A DNA stretch of 64,000 nt from the human T2T-CHM13v2.0 reference genome, Homo sapiens, in the NCBI RefSeq assembly GCF_009914755.1, contig NC_060930.1. One strand, written 5' to 3'. The notes beneath the pieces were generated by a model. The model made no database searches and was not told the DNA's origin. It worked only from the letters and a program-made list of their open reading frames with translations. Made by a program: the position numbers and the translations under genes. Each line of letters opens with the position of its first letter. The stretch's first letter is position 1. Of this stretch, positions 30,976 through 45,181 are shown in pieces.

Positions 30976-31880
30976 CTTTGTGGTTTTATCTACTTTTGGT
31001 CTTTGATGATGGTGATGTACAGATGGGTTTTTGGTGTGGATGTCCTTTCTGTTTGTTAGTTTTCCTTCTAACATAGAGGACCCTCAGCTGCAGGTCTGTT
31101 GGAATACCCTGCCGTGTGAGGTGTCAGTGTGCCCCTGCTGGTGGGTGCCTCCCAGTTAGGCTGCCCAGGGGTCAGGGGTCAGGGACCCACTTGAGGAGGC
31201 AGTCTGCCCGTTCTCAGATCTCCAGCTGTGTGCTGGGAGAACCACTGCTCTCTTCAAAGCTGTCAGACAGGCACATTTAAGTCTGCAGAGGTTACTGCTG
31301 TCTTTTTGTTTGTCTGTGCCCTGCCCCCAGAGGTGGAGCCTACAGAGGCAGGCAGGCCTCCTTGAGCTGTGGTGGGCTCCACCCAGTTCGAGCTTCCGGG
31401 CTGCTTTGTTTACCTAATCAAGCCTGGGCAATGGCGGGCTCCCTTCCCCCAACCTCGCTGCTGCCTTGCAGTTTGATCTCAGACTGCTGTGCTAGCAATC
31501 AGTGAGACTCCGTGGTTGTAGGACCCTCCGAGCCAGGTGCGGGATATAATCTCGTGGTGCGCCGTTTTTTAAGCCTGTCGGAAAAGCACAGTATTCCGGT
31601 GGGAGTGACCCGATTTTCCAGGTGCCGTCGGTCACCCCTTTCTTTGACTCAGAAAGGGAACTCCCTGACCCCTTGTACTTCCCAAGTGAGGCAATGCCTC
31701 TCCCTGCTTCGGCTCGCGCAGGGTGCACGCACCCACTGACCTGCGCCCACTGTCTGGGACTCCCTAGTGAAATGAACCCGGTACCTCAGATGGAAATGCA
31801 GAAATTACCCGTCTTCTGCGCGCTCACGCTGGAAGCTGTAGACAGGAGCTGTTCCTATTCGGCCATCTTGGCTCCTCCCC
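30976..31880. promoter_or_regulatory. L1 5'UTR: internal sense promoter (leftward) and antisense promoter (rightward)
   Basis: Intact YY1 site (GGCCATCTTG, 31861-31870); the most CpG-rich stretch of the window; activity not testable from sequence. Confidence 0.7.
31431..31739 (+). pseudogene. L1 antisense ORF0, truncated
   Basis: ATG 31431 gives MAGSLPPTSLLPCSLISDCCASNQ then TGA at 31503-31505; the remainder is track ORF 31512 (VGPSEPG...VGVTRFSRC). Confidence 0.85.
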
Positions 31881-31892
31881 TCCTTGGTTCTT

Positions 31893-32045
31893 AAAAAAAG
31901 AAATATGCATTATTTTAACAAAAACTGTTCTTAAAAAGCATAAGAAACTTGCTTAAGTGGTATACAATTACTAAATAATGGAGCTAAGCTACAAATCCAG
32001 GCATCTTTGGTCTCTAAACCTGTGTTCTAATGACTATTTACATCA
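31893..32045 (-). mobile_element. MIR 5' part, continuation across the L1
   Basis: TAAGAAACTTGCTTAAGTGGTATACAATTACTAAATAATGGAGCTAAG...AATCCAGGC. Confidence 0.6.
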
Positions 32046-33759
32046 GCCCACAGCTCACCACTGTTAAAATACAAATATTAACAGAATGACATAATTTGTC
32101 TTTTATACCATCATGGAAAGATTTTATTATCAGGTAGCATTCCAGAATACCTCGTATTTTACCAACTCCCCTTGCAATACCTCATGCAAAATGTGTATCA
32201 TGTGTCAAGAAGATGCAAAGTGGTGAGTGGCAGAGGAGAACCCGGAGGTAATTATGGGTAGGGTGAGCAGAGGAGAAGGATCCCAGTATGGAAAATGAAC
32301 CTTCAGCTGGCCTCCTGCGAAATCTGCTCCCCTGTGTCTAGACCCAGATAGTTTCTGAGTAAATGGTTGTTGATTATTAGAAGGTAAATTTTCTGAAAAT
32401 TATTTTAGAACAATTGTAAAAACTGTTGCTCAAATGTTTCGCTTTGTAAAGTTATCAAGATATTATAGATGCCCCATAGATTCCCATTTAAAAATGTACT
32501 ACAATCCTAAATTTCAACTATACATTTTTCAAGTATTTTAATGAACTGATACGGACAGCTAACCTTATATGAACTCTCCACCCGAGGCTGTGAGCTGCCT
32601 CTCTCAGTTGTGGCTTGGCTCCTTAGAGATTGCCTTTTTTTTTTTTTTTTCGGTCAGGTGTTTTTTCAAATATCTATCATGTTTTATAATGTAGAAGTGT
32701 GCAAAAGGCATGGTCTATGATCACAGATTTTTTTAGTCTAGTGGCAAAGACAGACATTGAGCAAATAAACATGAATAAAGACACAATTGCAAATTGTGCT
32801 AAGTGTTATAAAGGAAACACTAAAACAGCAAGTGGTAAAGAAGCATCAGAAGGCTAAGTTCCAGAAGAGGTGGGCAGAAGAGAAGGGTCCCTTGGCTGGC
32901 TTATGTTAGGCCTATTAACCTTCAAGTTAAGGGACCTGTATTTCATGAAGGAAGGTCGTGAGAATGCACATATCCTACAGAGAGAAGTTGAACTTTGACA
33001 AAAATAGGGTTGGTTCGGTCTGAAAGAACGAATATGTCTTGGAAGCCAGACATAATTACACACACTCTACATATTGGCTGGCTATATACAATGGTGAAAA
33101 ACTGAGGAAATAAAGCAAGTATGATACAAAAGCAAAAGCAAATTCCGAGACCTTGTAACTAGTGATGATAAAGGAAAGCTGCATTATCATGGTGTGTCAT
33201 AGTGAGTACTCTAATGATCCATCTTTCATTAATAAAGAGTCCAGTTACATTGCCATTAGCAGAAGACAGCTTTTAAAAGGAAGAGTCTGGAGAAAGCATT
33301 GATATTTTTTTAATTGATTCTTTTTCTAAACTATGTGCTTGCCTCTTCAACTAATAGCAAAAACGTCTTTGTGGTCTTCTGATGTCTGAGGAAAGGTGAA
33401 TGTTGGTAGGTGGGAAAAAACTCTCTCATTGAAACAAAGGCTACTGTATTTCTGGGCCATCTACCAATGACACACTCATTTATTATTCTTGAGACCCAGG
33501 CCTGTTAGTACTATTCCAAGTAGCAATCCATGAAAAAATGGAGGATGGATTTAAATTAGAAGGATGCCATCTTCCCCTCAACAATATCTGGGCCCTTTAG
33601 AGGGGGTACCTCTGAGGTACCAGTCACTTTTTAATTTTCCATCTCTGCATTGGTAAAGGGTTAAAACTTCCAAATGTTATAACATTTTTTGAAAAATTAG
33701 GTGAGCTGCATCTATACCAAGAACAAGGACTCTAGACCCAGAGTTACTTACCTGCAGCC

Positions 33760-33945
33760 CATTCATTCATTCATTCAGATATATCTCATATATTCAATCA
33801 ACATTTATACCTCATATGTTTAGGCACTTTTGTTAAGACTTGGGGATTCAACACAGAACTAAAATCTAGTACAGTAAAATCTAGCATAGCCCTTAAGAAC
33901 TTCAGAAAGCAGAGAGGAAGGCTGCTAAATAAATAGAAACATTTT
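33760..33945 (-). mobile_element. L2 3' end
   Basis: (CATT)n tail then CAACATTTAT...TAGGCACTTTTGTTAAGACTTGGGGAT. Confidence 0.6.
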
Positions 33946-33977
33946 AAGGGTAGAAAAGAAAAATTGCACCTGATAGA

Positions 33978-34453
33978 GTTTGACAAAGAAGACTTTATTT
34001 AAGACTATTGCCATAGGGAAGAGAGATTGAACTTAATTCTACTGAAACAGGCAGGAGAGTTTCTAAGCTCTGGGACAAACCAGTGAAAAAGTACTGGAGG
34101 ATATTAGTGGCAAAGTTGGTCAATGTAATTAGGTGGTGGGTGTTTGGAATTGGTGCTCAGGGAAATTAGGCTCCTCCCCTCCCACAGAGATAGCAATGGA
34201 GTGCTATCTTTCTTGGTGAGTACATTCAAAGGGTGGCTCCCAGCTCCTTAAAAATACATTTCTGGGTTGTAAACTGGCAAGAGGCTGGGAGAAAATTCAT
34301 ATCTCCAGGGGGCAGAGAAAGAATGACAATTTCAAGTATTCTCAAATAAATGCTCCAAGAAAAGGGAAGTCAGGGGCCAATAGGCAGGAAGAAACCTGCC
34401 TGTTCAAAATGTATTCAAGCTGATGGAAAGGAACATGAAGGCTGTCTTGATTA
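33978..34453 (-). mobile_element. ERV1 solo LTR, MER67-like
   Basis: TTTATTTAAGACTATTGC (antisense AATAAA), CTGGGTTGTAAACTGGCAAGAGGCTGGGAG, AAGAAAAGGGAAGTCAGGGGCC. Confidence 0.65.
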
Positions 34454-35039
34454 GTACAGAGTAATCAATGGAATGTTGGAATATTTATCTCAAGGAACAT
34501 ACAGGAAGATAATAGTTCAGTTATATAGGCAGTATAAGTTAAGATGATTCACAGTGCCATTTAAAAGTTAAGAGGCAAGGTGGTATGGTCAAAAGATTTT
34601 GAGGTTTTAAGCCTGACTGTTGTTTGTTGCTTGTTATAACAGTGTGTGATATTGGATGAGTAACAGTGTGTTTGAGCTACTGTTTTTATTTTTGATGGAG
34701 AAATGATTGTCTGCTCTACCTAATTCATAGTGTTATGAATAGCAAATTCAATAATATTTTCCTCTTCACCTGGAACCCCATTTAAGTAGTACAGCAGCAA
34801 ATAAATGCAATATAGAATTATTAATTGTCAAAAGGTTCTAAACCTAGTCAGTTTAAAAATATACTGTTTTTAGTTTTCAACTAACTAGAAATTCTCTTTT
34901 TATATAAACCATCTCCCCCCAAAATTTTCATTTGGAAATGTATTGCTTTATTTCATTAAACCATCATAATTAGCATACCAAAACTTTTAAAAATAGTATA
35001 AAAGAGAAAACATTTTCATATTTCAGATTTCTCTATTAA

Positions 35040-37250
35040 GAGATTACTACAACATGCCCAAATGGGGTTTATTTTAGAAAACAAATGGGTTTATGTTAGG
35101 GAACCTACTAATATAATTAATAGGTCAGAGAAAAATACTATTTTCAAAAGATTCAGAAAGGTAATTTTATAATATATAACAACCAGTTCTTATTTTTAAA
35201 TTATGAAGAAATAGGAATGGACAGTTACCTTTATAATGAAAGGCTATCTATTGAAGTCAACAGAACTTCATATTTAACCTTGAAGCATCAGAGGCATTTC
35301 CATTAAAATCAGAAACAAGACTTAGAGGCACTAACACTACTATTAGCATTGTTCTGGGAGTAGGAACCAATCAACTGAAACAATCAGCAGTTATAAGAGA
35401 TCGTACCATTAAAAAAAGAGGGAAAATATGACTCACAGAATTCTTGAACAAATAAGTGTAAATTAGAGATTCTGCTGAAGATAAATTAGAAATATTAAAA
35501 GCTTATTAAAGAAACTTATTATAAATAAATGTATAAACAATATAGTTTTATATTGTAGCCAAAAAAAGTAGCAAAAATAATTTTAAAATGTCATATTCCA
35601 AATGACCTAACAATTGAATTATAAAAAGAAGCACAGAGAGACTTTGTGAAAATAACTACAAATCGGTAATGAGGATGAAATTAAATGACTAAACAAAGAG
35701 ACATAATGTGTTCTTAAATGAGAAACTAAATATTACAAAAATAAATACATTAATTATTTTCATATTAAGTCATCAAGGTAATGTGATTCTAAACAGAATG
35801 AAGAGAATATTGAACTTGAAAAAGTACTTACAAAGTAATAAAGCAGTCATAAAATTATAAAATACATCTATGTTATTAAAAATATAACCATACACAACTG
35901 AATGAAGAAAATTTTTAAAGATTTTCTCCTTTCTTTCTCCTTTCTAGCCCCACACATTTTCCCAAAGCGTCCAAATGTACAGAGTAGCTTGAGATATCTG
36001 AAGAAGCCACCCCGTTGCATGTTACATGTGCTATAAGTAGACAGTTCTTAAAGTAATATATTACTGGCCAAGAAGTGATACAGCGCAGTTTAAAAAGATT
36101 GACTATGACCAATGTGGTAAAAGGAAGATGACTGAATTTGTTAGGCTTAGGGGAGTGTCTGGCTCTCTGTGAGCAGAGTGCTGATTGAATCAGAGTGGAT
36201 TCATTATATGGTGCTGGAACAATGGATTCAGAACAAAAATAAACTTAGAGTCTTTTCATACACCATGCCCCCAACTTATTTCACTGACTTATTTCACTAT
36301 GCAGCCAACTTATTTTAAATAACTAAAAACAAGAAAACATAACAACCACATGGAAATATAGGTAAATACAATTTCAGAATGGAGATCTTTCTAGCATAAA
36401 CTTGGCAGAAGAAATGATATGGAAAAAGTGATTGCTTTGACTGAATAAAGACTACTAATATTTTAAAAGTCAAAGAATTAGAAATAATAAACTAAGGGAT
36501 ATATTCAGAACATATATATTAAATGTAGAAGTATTATTTTTCTATGTAAAGAGATATATTACTAAAATCAGTTTGAAAATTATCATATCAGTATAAAATT
36601 CAGAAAATAGAGTAAACTAAAAAATTATCTATAAAAGCTAACATGTAAAAATAGGTTTCTTAGTGGTTTATAAGGAAAGTAATAAAATTAAAACAAAATA
36701 CTCTTTCATCTTCCACATTATGACAAGTAAGCAACATAACATCTAGTGCTAGACAGTCGTAAAATGGGAGTTTCTCTTGTACACTATTAGCTTGGATATA
36801 AGAACCTACAGCCTTTCTGGAAGCTTAGTTGGCAAATTGAATTAGGAGTTTTAAATAACCTTTGGACTAGAAATTTCATAAATAGGAATTTTTCAAAATA
36901 AGTACATTTAGATTAGATATAATCTAAATATCCACAGATATGAGAAAGACTGTATAAATCACAGTACACCCATAGAATAGAATATTATAAAAATGTTTAG
37001 TTATGTTTTTAGAGAGTTTTAATGAATGGAGGAATGTTTATAAAAGGGAACTGAACAAACAAAACAATTAGAATGAAATTACATATGGTAGGAATACAAT
37101 TTCATATGTTACATATGTAAATGCATAAGCAAAGACATGCCTGAAATCCACTGAAATACTAATCTTCAATTGTGGGTAAACTTTCATTCTTTTTACCCTA
37201 AAGTGTACTAATTTTCAAAAGTTACTATTAAGTAGTCAGAAAAAAGTGCT
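35040..37250 (+). mobile_element. Old L1M (L1ME-like) ORF2-to-3'UTR remnant
   Basis: A-rich; collinear ORF2 relics AAATGGGGTTTATT, GCATTTCCATTAAAATCAGAAACAAGAC, ATGGTGCTGGAACAATGG, TACAGCCTTTCTGGA. Confidence 0.7.
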
Positions 37251-38694
37251 AGCAAAACATAAATGTATTGAGGACTGCTCATGGTTTGTTTATAAAATGT
37301 TTGTTGTCACATTATTCTAACAATTGCAAACATCCCAAAAACATTGGGTAGATATTATATAGATTATGAATAATTTTTCTCTAAACTCAGCCCAACTATA
37401 ACCCTAATACTAGCCATTCTGCTTCATAAGTAGCAAAGCAAGCCACATGTTTTCAAAATTAAAAAAATTTCCCATTGTTCTGAGATTATGAAAAATTATG
37501 TATAGTATAATCTTAATGCATCAGATAATAAAACAGATAATGTAAATTTATTCTGGGCACTGGAAAACAGTGGAATTATGCACTTTGTGTCAGGTATCCA
37601 TCTTTTTCTAATTTATATATTTTTTATTTAATAAATATTAAGCATTAAGTAAAACTTACATTCTGAAAAAGATTACATTGTCAGGAGTCATAAATTAAAA
37701 TATTAGAAAAATAATCAAGATGATAGTTTTTCTGGGACTACCTAAGTTCTAAACTCCAGAACTTAACTGATAAAGGGAACAAATCTTATTTATTCACTGC
37801 AATATTTTCAGTGAAACTTCCTATCCCCATTACTTTTATATATTTATTTCCCCTCATTTTTGTATTAGTGCCTCGCCTCATCATCATTTCCTTTGAGCAT
37901 TAGTCTTTCAGTCAACTTGATAGTTCCCTACAGGATCCACTAACCTGTTCTAAACATAGTAAGCACTCATTAAATAAATGGATTTAATTCCATGTTTCAT
38001 GCACATGCAAAATTATTGCTAAGCTTGCATGTTCAATTTTAGATTATTTTTCTCTACTAATGGATAATGCCTTTACAGGTATTGTCCATTTAATACCCTG
38101 CATGCCTAAGACTCAGTGACTTTCTCTAAATATCTAGCTATGAAATTAAACTATTGAATATTTAATAATGCTTAAATATTCATGTTCTTGGAGGGCAGGA
38201 ATATATAAAAATGGGATTCATGTTTTATTCCCTTAGATAATGGTAGTGAAACAATAATCATTGCATCTCTTGAGCATATAGTTTGCTATAGAGCACAAAA
38301 CTAAGTAAATGTCCATCATATAGAGATAGCCAGAGGCCTGAATTATTGGGTGTGAGATGTCAGTACCATTTGTATATTAATAGCTGTTTGCTGGATTTCC
38401 TAAATTAGATAACTTACCTTCATTTACTTACTGAAGTAATTAGAGGCTGTTATAGGATAAAGTTAAAATTATAAATTATTTTTTCTTATTAATGAAAGAG
38501 TTGTGGAATCTACGAAGGTATTAATGAAGTGTCAAGAAATATGTGGACTAAGAAAAAGTGGAGATATATAATTTAGCTTAATTGTGTTAAAAATAAATAT
38601 GTATTACCAGGGTGGATGAAATCTTGCATGTTCTGCTAAAATAGGAGAAAATAGAAGCAGCAGGAATGATGACTGAAGAACTCATTGTATAAAT

Positions 38695-39849
<1,155 letters not shown>

Positions 39850-41087
39850 TTAGAGATTGTGAGTTTAACATTATCCTGGACAAGGTGGACCAGGACTGGG
39901 TTAGGCAAAATGGTAGGAGCTAATATAAAGTGAATATTTATCAATATGCACATCGAAAAGTAAATCTAAGCATTAGATAAGAGTTAGGAAAAGCCTGACA
40001 GTGATCTTCAATTATTGACTAATCAATACTCCAGTACTGACCAAAATTTTCATAATGTTACTGAATCCCATTTGGAAAGCGTAGGAGTGGTGTTATACAC
40101 TGTTCAAGGCAAGATTCCCTAGGACACTTTCGATTAGGAACCTATCTGACAGCTAAGTTCCATGCTCACTTTCTAAATGTAAGTTTTTTCCTGTTGAGGC
40201 GGATCATCCAAGAATATAATCAAGAGCATGTGTAGACTACCCTTCTAACTGTAAATTAATACCATCTCCTTTCCTTTAGCCCTGACTAGTGCTATGCTGG
40301 ATGTTGCAAAGTATTTCAGAATGGCTACTGTAGGAGTCTGTATTCCAAGTTTTATTTTAGATCAGAGTAAAGCAAAAAAGATGCATTTGCTCTGTCCCAT
40401 AGGTTGTACTCTCAGAATACAAATACACTATTTAGCAAGAGGAGCAGAACCTCTAGGGGCAGCAAACAGGCTGTTTTATTCCAAAATGTTAGGCAAAGCT
40501 AATGTCTGGGGCTATCTCTGGACTCCCTACTGCAGTAATGATGAACTCTAGAGATTTGGAGTTTTAGAAATCCATCCTAAGAGGGAGAAACTGGGTCCTT
40601 CTTGTGGGAGACCTTAGACGTTCTCCAAAGACAGGAAATTGCTGCTGTAGGAATGATGTCACTACTTAATGGAGGCACTCCCTAGCATACTACAGCACTC
40701 TGAAATAAGTTGTGGTAACTTTGGAATGCCAGAAAGAAAATAGACACAGAGCTAATTCCGTCTTTGTTTTTCTCACATAAGCTGGGAAAAAGTGATCAGA
40801 CAAAACGTGAAGCCTATGCCTGATGCATTCACCAGATATAAACAAACGAAAAACACTAAAGCAGATTCATACCAGGCTTATATCTGAAAAGTCATAACTA
40901 GACTCATACCTGAAAAGTTATTAAAGTTACTTTTATTGAATTTTGTCTCTAGGAACAAATTGTGCACATCTGGGCAATAAATACCTGGTGATAGATGATT
41001 TAACTCATCATGGTTAGTGTGTCTCACAGGAGAAAAGAAAGTAGCAAGAGTCCACCATAACTAGAGTGTCATGGGAACAAGTTTTCT

Positions 41088-41396
<309 letters not shown>

Positions 41397-42349
41397 AAGT
41401 TTTCTCTTTTTATAGATTTTCTGGTAAGATTCATTCAAATTAAGGAGTGTATTTTTTAAAAGAGCTTATTTCTAATAAATTTCTCATATTTAAAGTTATA
41501 ATTTGATAAGCTTTAGTTTGGTGTATACATCCATGTAAACATCACCATAAGAGAGGGAACATAGTTGTCACTCCTTTGAGGTAAGTATAAGACCCAGGGG
41601 GAAGACTTTTTATAATGAGAAGAACATTATGCTGATAATAGATTTTTGAGGAATATTAACTTATATAAGGGATAGAAAAAGTGTAAGAGATGAGAAAATA
41701 GAAGTCAAAAGAAAGGTAGGAGGAATAACAGTAGGAAGAAACAAATGATGAGGACAGGTTTTAAGAGGCACAGGGTATAAAAGTAATAAAATCAAGTGAA
41801 TGAAAAATGGTAAATATCCACCAGTTTGGCACAGGAAAGCAATTGTGGGAGAGATTTTAATCAAAATGATGAGGGTAAAAATCGTAGTGCCAGTGATTTT
41901 GTGGCAATGGGAGGTGAGGAGATGGTAACCTTGAATATAGACTACCCTTTTCAGAAACATGGCTCTAAAGTTCCAGGGAATTATGGTAGTGAGAAAGAAT
42001 GTAGGGTCCCTGGAGGGTTAAGGGTTCGCTTGTTTGGACTGTTTTCTATTTTTGTTAATGGTTAATAGTTGTTTACATCTATTGACTTTCAGAGAGAGTA
42101 AGTAAGAAGATGGTGAAGATAAAATAGAAACAGGGATAATTAAGAGTGTGAGCAAATGAAAAAGAAAAGAGAGAAGACCCAGATAACAAGTGAAATAATT
42201 GTTCAGGTTAAGTTAGAAGGGTCCTTCTTCTAACAAATGATGAAGAAAAGAGGTGAATATCTATTTTGGGCAATTTTATCTTTTGATTTTTCTTATATCT
42301 CTTTTGTTCTGACTTCTCAGTCAATTGGCTAGGCTTCTGTTTTTCTACC

Positions 42350-42452
42350 CAAATCTCCTTCTCTTTCTTTCTCTCTCTCTGTCTCTTTCTCTCTCTCTCT
42401 CTTTCTCTATTTTCTTTCTTTCTTTCTCTCTTTCTTTTCTCTCTCTTTTTTT
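42350..42452. repeat. CT-rich low-complexity tract
   Basis: Directly visible. Confidence 0.9.
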
Positions 42453-42680
42453 AGATGTTCTTAGTAAATGGTACCACCATCAATTCAGGACAACAATCTA
42501 AAAGTCATCCTCAATTTGTGCCTTTCCTCTACCTTGTATATGCAATCCGTCAATATATCCTTCAGTGCAACTTTCAAGATACGTTTTGAATGTAATCATT
42601 CCTTACTCTCTCTACCACCAACAACCAACTCAAACCATCACTATCTATCTACTGTACTTCTGCTAAAGTTCCTTAATGGG

Positions 42681-42806
42681 TAGGTTGACCGTAGACAACT
42701 TCCTAACCTAAAGAGAGCATTTTCTTTGAAATGGATTAAAAAGATATTTATACTTAAAAGGAGTATTAGAAAAGACCCAAAGGGCCTAAGAGGAATGATC
42801 ATCCCA
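42681..42806. mobile_element. hAT-Blackjack-like MITE (MER94/MER81 class) inside L2
   Basis: Termini TAGGTTGACC / GATCATCCCA resemble TAGGGTGACC...GGTCACCCTA; flanks TTAATGGG/CTAATGAA; L2 resumes after it. Confidence 0.5.
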
Positions 42807-43287
42807 CTAATGAATTCCCCTGTTCCCATTCTTGTTCCTGTGCAGTCTGTTCTTCATATGACTGCAAGAGTAAAGAGTAATCAAATGGTGCCAGCATTCC
42901 TCCTCACCTATTCCCACCTTCAAACTTTTTGGAGACTTCTATTAGACATACAGTTAAAAGCAACTCCCCTCAATAATCTGCAAGGCCTTGCATGAGCTGA
43001 GGCCTGATCACCTTTTCCAACTTGTTTCAGATCCTAGGCCCACTGCCCATCTTTCTTTTTTAGAATCCATCAGCCAAATAGTTCTCTTGCCTACTTTATA
43101 TAGCTAAAAAACAAACAAACAAACAACAACAACAAAAAACAAATTCTGTCATACCTCAGGGCTTTTTCATTTGTTCTTCTTTCAGCTAGGGTGCACTTTT
43201 CCTGACTCATCCTATGGGTGGCTGTTTCTGAAGAGTTAAGTCCAAGTTCAAGTGTCATCACCTCAGAACATTCCTTCCTCACCACAC

Positions 43288-43359
43288 AAGTAGCACACTT
43301 CTAACCTCCCAGGCACTATCTACAGGTAGCACACTTCTAACCTCCCAGACACTATCTAC
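43288..43359. repeat. 36-bp tandem duplication (2 copies, 2 mismatches)
   Basis: AAGTAGCACACTTCTAACCTCCCAGGCACTATCTAC / AGGTAGCACACTTCTAACCTCCCAGACACTATCTAC. Confidence 0.95.
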
Positions 43360-43714
43360 CCTACTACGTGTTTATATTCTTCATAGAGTTTGTCACAACC
43401 TATAATTATTATGTATTTTTTTGTTTACTTCTGTGTTATTTGTTTTCTTTCACTGATAGGTAATTCCATGAGGTCGAAGTCCATGTCTACCTCAGTCATT
43501 ATTATGCTCTAGTCAGTGTCTGTATATAGTAACCACCCCTCAAAAACACTTTTTTGAGTGAATATATGGGTAACAAATAATTATATTAGCAATGGGGAAA
43601 TCAGTGAAAGAATTCTTAGCTAATGGCCTCTACTTTTTCTGAAAGGTAAAAGAAAAATTAATCTACAAAAAAACATGAAGCGTAGTTCAAGAATAGACTA
43701 GATTTCAAAAATAG

Positions 43715-43800
43715 ATATGTACACATTACATATGTACATATCTATTACATGTACACATTACATATGTACACATATATGTACACATTACATATGTATGTAT
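43715..43800. repeat. Degenerate ATATGTACACATTAC minisatellite
   Basis: Three near-perfect units with truncated variants between them. Confidence 0.85.
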
Positions 43801-44425
43801 TTATTAAGTGATAAAAGTAACACTACTGTATAGTGGGGTTGGGGGAAGAATGATCCTTTTGCTAAATTATGCTGGGTCAATTATATCCATATGAAAAACT
43901 ACATCTAGACCTCTACTTCACAACACATACAAAATCAGTATCAGACGGATTGAAGACATAAATTTGAAGGGAAAAATATAGCTATTAGAGGAAAATGTAT
44001 GATAACGTCTTCATGACCTTGAAGAAGGCACAAATTTGAGATATAGTCACATAAAAATTATAACTTGGACTATATTAAAATTAAGAACTTGTGTACCTCA
44101 AAAGATTACATTAATAAAATGGAAAAGTATTCACTATATGTAAGTCCAAATCATATGTAGAAGTCCCTAAGATCAATAAGAAAAAGATGATTAAGTAGTA
44201 ATAGAAAGAAAGTGTCTTGAATAGACTCATCACAAAAGAAGATATCCTAATAAAACCAGGAAAAGGTGCTCAATTACCATCATTCAAGAAACCAAGTAAA
44301 ATATTCTGAGTTTTTAACACAAAGTAAAAATTAAATGTGATGATACTACACATTCTCCAGCATAATTAAAATGAAAAAGACAAAAAATGCCAAGAGTGGA
44401 GCAACCAGAACCCTTACACACTGTG

Positions 44426-44762
44426 TGCTGTGGTCTGAATGTGTTTTCCCAAATTCATGTGTTGGAAACTTAATCTACAATGGAATAGTATTGGAAGGTG
44501 GGGCCTTTTGGGAGGTGTGTAGGTCATTAGGGCTCTGCCTTCATGAATGGGATCAATGCTGTTATTAAAAGGGCTTGTAGGAGTGGGTTTGCCCTGTTCG
44601 GCTCTCCTGCCTTTGAGGACAAAGCAATAAGGCCCTCACCAGATGCTGGTGCCATGATTCTGGACTTCTCAGCCTCTAGAACTGTGAGAAATAAATTTCC
44701 ATTTTTTATAAATTACCCAGCATCAGATATGTTGTTACAGCAGCACAAAATGGATTGAGACA
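44426..44762 (+). mobile_element. MSTD-type MaLR solo LTR
   Basis: TGCTGTGGTCTGAATGTG...TTCATGTGTTGGAAACTTAATC...GCAGCACAAAATGGATTGAGACA; TSD CTGTG/CTATG. Confidence 0.85.
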
Positions 44763-44767
44763 CTATG

Positions 44768-45181
44768 TGATATAGTTTGGATATTTGTCCCCACCCAAAG
44801 CTCATGTTGAAATGTAATCCCCAGTGTTGGAAGTGGGGCCTTATGGAAGGTGTGTGGATCATGGGGGTGGACCCCTCAGGACTTGGTGCCATCCTCATGG
44901 TAGTGAGTGAGTTTTCATGAGATCTGATTATTTGAAGCGTATGGCACTTCCCTCCCACACTCTCTCTCTTGCTTTCTTGCTTTCACCATGTGAAGTGCCT
45001 GCTTCTGTTTTGCCTGCTGCAATGAGTAAAAGCTCCCTGGCACCCCTCCAGAAGGTGAGCAGATGCTGGCACCATGCTTCCTGTACAACCTACATAACTG
45101 TGAGCCAATTAAACCTCTCTTCTTTATAAATTAGCCAGTCTTATATATTTCTTTATACCAACCCAAGAATGGCCTAGTACT
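44768..45181 (+). mobile_element. MSTB-type MaLR solo LTR
   Basis: TGATATAGTTTGGATATTTGTCCCC...GAGCAGATGCTGGCACCATGCTTCCTGTACA...GAATGGCCTAGTAC; TSD CTATG/TTGTG. Confidence 0.85.

Larger units (their letters stand above)
42455..43565 (+). mobile_element. L2 (L2a-like) 3' portion
   Basis: GTAAATGGTACCACCATC, AAGTCATCCT, CAAGGCCTTGCATGAGCTG, CCTCAGGGCTTTT, AAGTGTCATCACCTCAGA, tail TTTTGAGTGAAT. Confidence 0.75.

Noticed and set aside
43288-43359. 36-bp direct repeats resembling CRISPR repeat length
   Set aside because: Two abutting copies with no spacer, in primate DNA; ordinary tandem duplication
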